Part shown: positions 59,387 through 64,000 of the stretch, piece after piece
How positions within the stretch are numbered: the stretch's first letter is position 1
How the letters are laid out: each line of letters opens with the position of its first letter
Source: an uncultured Pirellulaceae bacterium
GTDB lineage: Bacteria; Planctomycetota; Planctomycetia; Pirellulales; Pirellulaceae
Length of the DNA: 64,000 nucleotides
Assembly (NCBI GenBank): GCA_964479855.1
Contig: CAYZPA010000011.1
Span: 15,406-79,405, forward strand
Direction of reading: 5' to 3'
Made by a program: the position numbers and the translations under genes
Notes under the pieces: model-generated
Told to the model about the DNA's origin: nothing
The model's database searches: none
Seen by the model: only the letters and a program-made list of their open reading frames with translations

Positions 59387-60334
59387 TTAGCTCCAAATAT
59401 CTTCCGCCTTGTACGGACTGCCCGCCAGCTCAAAGAATTTTCCGTGCACGTATCGATGAGAGATTCCGATCCCGTCGATCGCCAGCATGTCTTCTTCAGG
59501 CAGCTCAAAATCACCCGCTGCCAAGTTGTCCATCAATCTTTGTCGATTCGTCGATTTCGGAATCGCAACGGTGCCGCGGTTCGCTGCCCACGACAATAAC
59601 ACTTGCCCTTTTGACAAATTGTGTTTCTCAGCGATCTCGTTAACGGTGTCCAAGTCAAACAGAACCGGATCCGCGTCGCCTCGCATTCGATCCGGACGAT
59701 CGCCGGAACCCAATGGCGAATAAGCTACCATTTGAATTTTGTTGTCCGCACAGAAGTCGAACAATTCGATCTGCGGCAAAAACGGATGGCATTCCACCTG
59801 GTTGGCGGACACGGGAACGTTTCCTTTGTCGATCAGTTCCTGCAGTCGACGGATGCTGAAATTCGAAACACCAATGTGCTTGACCAAACCGGAAGCAACG
59901 CATTGTTCCATCGCCTGCCAAGTTTCGATGATGGGCACTTCATCAATAGGAACGAAATCTTCTCCCGATTCTGGCAGCCATTTTCCGTGCTTAATCGCAA
60001 CTGGCCAGTGGATCAAATACAGGTCAAGGAAATCCAGCTTAAGCTCTTGCAGGGACCGTTCAAGTGCTGGTCGAACGTGTTCAGGACGGTGACTGTCGTT
60101 CCAAAGTTTCGACGTGATGAACACATCGTCACGAGACAGATCACCAGAAAACGCCGACGTGAAAGCTTCACCGACATTAGCTTCGTTCATGTAAATCGCT
60201 GCACAATCGATGTGCCGATAACCAACCTCCAAAGCCGTCGCGACCGCGTCTTTTGCGACATCGCCTTCCATTTTCCATGTTCCCAATCCGATTGCCGGTA
60301 TCTGATCGCCATTGTGAAGTGAAAATGATTTCAT
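59387..60334 (-). CDS. Aldo/keto reductase
   Basis: [50 protein letters not shown]. Confidence 0.96.
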   Translation of the reverse strand: MKSFSLHNGDQIPAIGLGTWKMEGDVAKDAVATALEVGYRHIDCAAIYMNEANVGEAFTSAFSGDLSRDDVFITSKLWNDSHRPEHVRPALERSLQELKLDFLDLYLIHWPVAIKHGKWLPESGEDFVPIDEVPIIETWQAMEQCVASGLVKHIGVSNFSIRRLQELIDKGNVPVSANQVECHPFLPQIELFDFCADNKIQMVAYSPLGSGDRPDRMRGDADPVLFDLDTVNEIAEKHNLSKGQVLLSWAANRGTVAIPKSTNRQRLMDNLAAGDFELPEEDMLAIDGIGISHRYVHGKFFELAGSPYKAEDIWS

Positions 60335-60421
60335 CGTTCGTCCTCGTCGTATTTTGCAAGAGCCATTATGATGACCGAAAGTTTCCCCGATTTACCCTTT
60401 TGCTGCAACGTGGCAGACCTC

Positions 60422-61699
60422 ATGAACGTCGACGATCAAACGGTTTCACAACTGATGAATCGCATTGGCAGGAATGCTCGATCAGCAGCATCAGCCTTGG
60501 CGAACGCAAGCTCAAAATTCAAACGCGATGCGATTCTTGCCGCCGCAGACGCCATCGAATCGAAGACTGAATTTATCATCGCACAAAATCAAGTTGATGT
60601 ACTGGCCGCAGAGAGCAACGAGCTAAGTCCTGCAATGATCGACCGGCTAAGGCTCGACAAGGATCGGATCCGATCCATGGCGTCGGGACTGCGATCCATC
60701 GCATCGCTGCCGGATCCGGTTGGCACCGTCATCAAAGCGTGGGACCGGCCCAATGGTTTGCAAATCCAGCAAGTTCGCACTCCGTTAGGAGTCATCGGTG
60801 TCATCTACGAAAGTCGCCCAAACGTGACGGCAGACGCGGGTGCATTGTGCCTGATGTCCGGTAACGCAGTGATCCTTCGTGGCGGCAGCGACTCCCTCAA
60901 TAGTTCGAACGCAATTCACGATTGCCTTAAAACGGGTTTGAAGTCTGCCGGCCTTCCGGAAACGGCTGTGCAAATTGTTCCGGTTGCGGATCGAGAAGCC
61001 GTCGGGATCATGTTGAGCGGTATCGGCGGGAACATTGACGTCATCGTGCCACGCGGCGGGAAAGGACTTGTCGGTCGCGTGCAAAAAGATTGTAAGGTCC
61101 CAGTCTTTGCCCACCTGGAAGGGATATGCCACGTCTTCGTCGAAGCTTCTTCGAACGTCGAAATGGCCGTCGATATCGTGCACAACGCCAAAATGCGACG
61201 CACCGGAATCTGCGGTGCTGCAGAGACGTTGCTGGTCGAAGCATCGGCAGTCGAAACTCACTTGATTCCAATCCTGAAAAAGCTTGACGAATCTGGCTGC
61301 GAGATTCGTGGCGATGAACAGGTCTGCAAAGCCTTTACGAGTGCGTTACCGGCGAGCGAAACGGATTGGTCAACGGAGTACCTGAGTGCGATCCTTTCGG
61401 TCAAAATCGTTTCCGATATGGAAGAAGCGATTGGACACATCCAAAAGTATTCTTCCGGTCACACTGAGGCAATCGTTTCCGAGTGCGAAGCGTCGGTCAG
61501 CGCGTTCTTTAATCGAATAGATTCGGCAATTTTGCTGCACAATGCATCGACTCAGTTTGCCGATGGCGGTGAATTCGGAATGGGCGCCGAAATTGGAATC
61601 GCGACCGGAAAAATGCACGCCCGAGGCCCCGTTGGAGTCGAACAATTGACGAGCTTCAACTATCGCGTTCGTGGAACCGGGCAGGTTAGACCACAGTAG
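60422..61699 (+). CDS. proA: Gamma-glutamyl phosphate reductase
   Basis: [64 protein letters not shown]. Confidence 0.97.
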   Translation: MNVDDQTVSQLMNRIGRNARSAASALANASSKFKRDAILAAADAIESKTEFIIAQNQVDVLAAESNELSPAMIDRLRLDKDRIRSMASGLRSIASLPDPVGTVIKAWDRPNGLQIQQVRTPLGVIGVIYESRPNVTADAGALCLMSGNAVILRGGSDSLNSSNAIHDCLKTGLKSAGLPETAVQIVPVADREAVGIMLSGIGGNIDVIVPRGGKGLVGRVQKDCKVPVFAHLEGICHVFVEASSNVEMAVDIVHNAKMRRTGICGAAETLLVEASAVETHLIPILKKLDESGCEIRGDEQVCKAFTSALPASETDWSTEYLSAILSVKIVSDMEEAIGHIQKYSSGHTEAIVSECEASVSAFFNRIDSAILLHNASTQFADGGEFGMGAEIGIATGKMHARGPVGVEQLTSFNYRVRGTGQVRPQ

Positions 61700-61804
61700 T
61701 GCAAATAGCTTGAGTTGAGCCAAAAAGCGACTTAACAGAACTGAGTTTCGCAAGAGCTTTCACCAACCACACAAGCCGTCGTGCGCCGAGCAAGCTTTCG
61801 CGAT

Positions 61805-62743
61805 CTAATGTTCGAAGCCCCGCTGCGAAATCTCGTTTCCTGCCCGGTCGCGAAGTTCACCGACAAAAGAATCCGTAACCTCGCCGATTTTTGACAGTGC
61901 GACTGGAGCAGCCTGATCACTGAGCAACTTGTTCGCGGTCTCCGCTTCGATCGTAAAGAGCAGCTCAAAATCCTCGCCATCAAACAATGCGTGATCCAAC
62001 ACGGCGGTTCCTGTGTCAGCAGCCATGCGGACTGCGTCCTTCGAAATCGGAATGGAATCCAGATCAAGAATGGCGCTGACTCCACTCTTGCGAACCACGT
62101 GCCCCAGATCGACCGCGAGGGAATCGGTGATGTCGGTCGCACAGCGGATCGCGTAATTTTGCTGTAGCCACCGAGCCAAACGGATGCGCGGTTGAAACTC
62201 AAGATGTTTTGACAACAGGCTCCCGCCCAACGATCCACTAACAACGATCGCGTCTCCGGGTTTCGACCTGTCCATTCGCCAGCCGTCGGCACACTTGAAT
62301 TCCGCAGCAAGCCGCCCCGTCATCGCCACACCAACGGTCAGCGGGCCGCGATGACGATTAGTATCACCGCCAATGATAGCCAAACCGAACTCCGCCGCCG
62401 TGTTAGCCATGCCGCGAAACAAGGAATGCGCTTCCGTAACAGACATCGACGACGGAAACAGGATCGTGATTAAAGCAGCTTCCGGAGTCGCCCCCATCGC
62501 CGCGACGTCACTCAAATTGACCGCCATGGCTTTGTGACCGATGCGTTCCAACGAGTGCACTTCGATATCAAAGTGGACTTTATCAACGATCGTGTCAGTG
62601 ACCCAAACCGTCTTCGCTTTGGATCCATCGTCGTCCCGTAAAATCGCGCCGTCGTCACCGATCCCCAGCACAACGGATGGGCCAGAGGCAACACCTGATT
62701 CGCGAGTGTATTGTTCGAGCCAACTAATAAAATCGAGTTCCAT
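61805..62743 (-). CDS. thiL: Thiamine-monophosphate kinase
   Basis: GIGDDGA, VHF, GHKAMAVNLSDVAAMG, IGGDT, DITDSL, DGEDFELLF, GFEH. Confidence 0.95.
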   Translation of the reverse strand: MELDFISWLEQYTRESGVASGPSVVLGIGDDGAILRDDDGSKAKTVWVTDTIVDKVHFDIEVHSLERIGHKAMAVNLSDVAAMGATPEAALITILFPSSMSVTEAHSLFRGMANTAAEFGLAIIGGDTNRHRGPLTVGVAMTGRLAAEFKCADGWRMDRSKPGDAIVVSGSLGGSLLSKHLEFQPRIRLARWLQQNYAIRCATDITDSLAVDLGHVVRKSGVSAILDLDSIPISKDAVRMAADTGTAVLDHALFDGEDFELLFTIEAETANKLLSDQAAPVALSKIGEVTDSFVGELRDRAGNEISQRGFEH

Positions 62744-62800
62744 GGTTTAATGGATACTTCAGCGAGGTACTGCCGTCAATTGACGGTCGTTCGACATGAG

Positions 62801-62986
62801 CCGGAATTATTCACGACGACAGGCGTCTGGTTTGTCCTTTGAAGCGATTTTCCGCACGCGTAGACAAGTTTTGAAAATTCATCAATTTCACGTCGCGGGT
62901 GACCTGTCGAAACCAAAAATTGGAGCAATACCCCAATGAAACAAGCTTTCTCCAGTTCGACGCCCACGCATCGTGAATAATCCGAA
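62801..62986 (+). mobile_element. MITE copy 3 (186 bp)
   Basis: TIRs CCGGAATTATTCACG and CGTGAATAATCCGAA; 5-bp direct repeat ATGAG at 62796-62800 and 62987-62991. Confidence 0.92.
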
Positions 62987-62995
62987 ATGAGGATG

Positions 62996-63030
62996 AAAAA
63001 ACGCCGCCTTCCTGCGGGGGAAGGCGGCGT
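62996..63030 (-). terminator. Intrinsic terminator after the protease gene
   Basis: ACGCCGCCTTCC...GGAAGGCGGCGT 12-bp stem followed by a T run on the minus strand. Confidence 0.8.
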
Positions 63031-63120
63031 ATTACCGCTGGAGTGGTCGGGCTGCAGAGACTCTTAACTGAGCTGGGTCGAGTCTCGCGTGGCCAAACCT
63101 TGGCAAAATCGCAACAGCCT

Positions 63121-64000
63121 CTAGTTGCCTGAAACGAGGACGCGGGACGCTACCCGGCTGTCGACTCGCATCTTTCCCCAGAACGGTTCTTTTTCGCGAA
63201 GAATATAAAACATGAAAGAAGGCTCTTGAACGATCGACGGCTGTTCCAAAACCCACTGTAGGTTGGCCAAGGATTCCGTTTTATAGCCCGCCATCGCCAC
63301 CAAAACGTCACCGTCAAGGATCCCTTCCGACTCTGCGGGACTGCCCGGCCGAACTTCGATGACTTTCAAGCCGCGTTTGTACATTGGGTGCCGGTCGAGC
63401 ATTTCGCCCGCACTGGCCAAGGCCAGTTTCAATCCCAATGACTCCCAAGCCAGATCGCTGACCGGTCGCTTGACTTCGTTGACCGACAAAGTAACAGAGC
63501 GCTGCTTGTTGTCGTTTTCGACCACCACGTTCAATGGCGATGCATTGCTTACCGACACAAGAGCACGTTCGAAATCGAGCCGATTGTGAATGTCCCGCCC
63601 ACCAACGGAAGTGATGCGATCACCTTTTCTGATGCCCGATTCAGCCGCAGGAGACGCCGGATCGATTGCATCGACGTACAGTTGTGGTTTGCCGGATCGG
63701 TAAACGGTCTTTGTTTTCAGTCCATGTTCAAGTCGCTGTACTGACAGTTTACCCATTAGATCTGCGGCGACTTCCAAGGCGTCGTTTACTGGAATCGCGA
63801 ACGCAATTCCCTGAGCACCAATCCTGACGGCGACGTTGATACCAATCATTTCGCCGTTGAGATTGAGGAGTGGCCCGCCCGAGTTGCCCGGGTTGATCGA
63901 CGCGTCGGTTTGAATCAAATTTCGGTAGACCTGATCTTCGTTTACCTGAACCGTGCGTCCCAGCTGGCTAACGATGCCGACGGTTACAGTATGCTCGTAA
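63121..64000 (-). CDS. HtrA/DegP-like trypsin serine protease with two PDZ domains; the 5' end lies outside the window
   Basis: [18 protein letters not shown], then two SPA..G...GD PDZ motifs. Confidence 0.93.
   Translation of the reverse strand, partial: YEHTVTVGIVSQLGRTVQVNEDQVYRNLIQTDASINPGNSGGPLLNLNGEMIGINVAVRIGAQGIAFAIPVNDALEVAADLMGKLSVQRLEHGLKTKTVYRSGKPQLYVDAIDPASPAAESGIRKGDRITSVGGRDIHNRLDFERALVSVSNASPLNVVVENDNKQRSVTLSVNEVKRPVSDLAWESLGLKLALASAGEMLDRHPMYKRGLKVIEVRPGSPAESEGILDGDVLVAMAGYKTESLANLQWVLEQPSIVQEPSFMFYILREKEPFWGKMRVDSRVASRVLVSGN

Noticed and set aside
58516-59514. Long antisense ORFs (e.g. 58516..59514, 4850..5782, 28954..29808)
   Set aside because: They are shadow frames opposite well-supported genes and have no protein motifs.

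Overview
Bacterial chromosomal window with roughly balanced GC. The gene set (planctomycete-type ABC/membrane cluster, TPR proteins, GTGAGCCG/GTAG palindromic repeats) points to a Planctomycetota/Pirellulaceae genome; this is an inference. Most of it is housekeeping: rplY-pth-rpsF-ssb-rplI-dnaB, groES, ppk2, RluA-family synthase, mnmE, clpB, purEK, proB, proA, thiL, a QueD-like gene and an HtrA-type protease. Notable features: (1) an NAD-linked formate dehydrogenase whose alpha subunit is split in the ORF track by an in-frame UGA at the active-site position, followed by a SECIS-type hairpin, so it is a selenoprotein; (2) a non-autonomous ~187-bp MITE family with 15-bp TIRs and 5-bp target-site duplications (three full copies, one 83-bp mini copy, one end fused to an IS256-like remnant); (3) an accessory patch at 35.2-43.1 kb with a 1984-aa Hhe-like (DUF4011/SF1 helicase/Vsr-like nuclease/DUF3320) protein that has a transglutaminase-like N-terminus and a translationally coupled small ORF; (4) a secreted PL14-like lyase/beta-helix fusion, a protein with an IS3-OrfA-like HTH, a degenerate AnmK, alphaproteobacterial-looking proB and proA 50 kb apart, and a consensus sigma-54 promoter before clpB. 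I recognised no rRNA, tRNA or CRISPR array. Family assignments come from motif recognition by eye, not from database searches.
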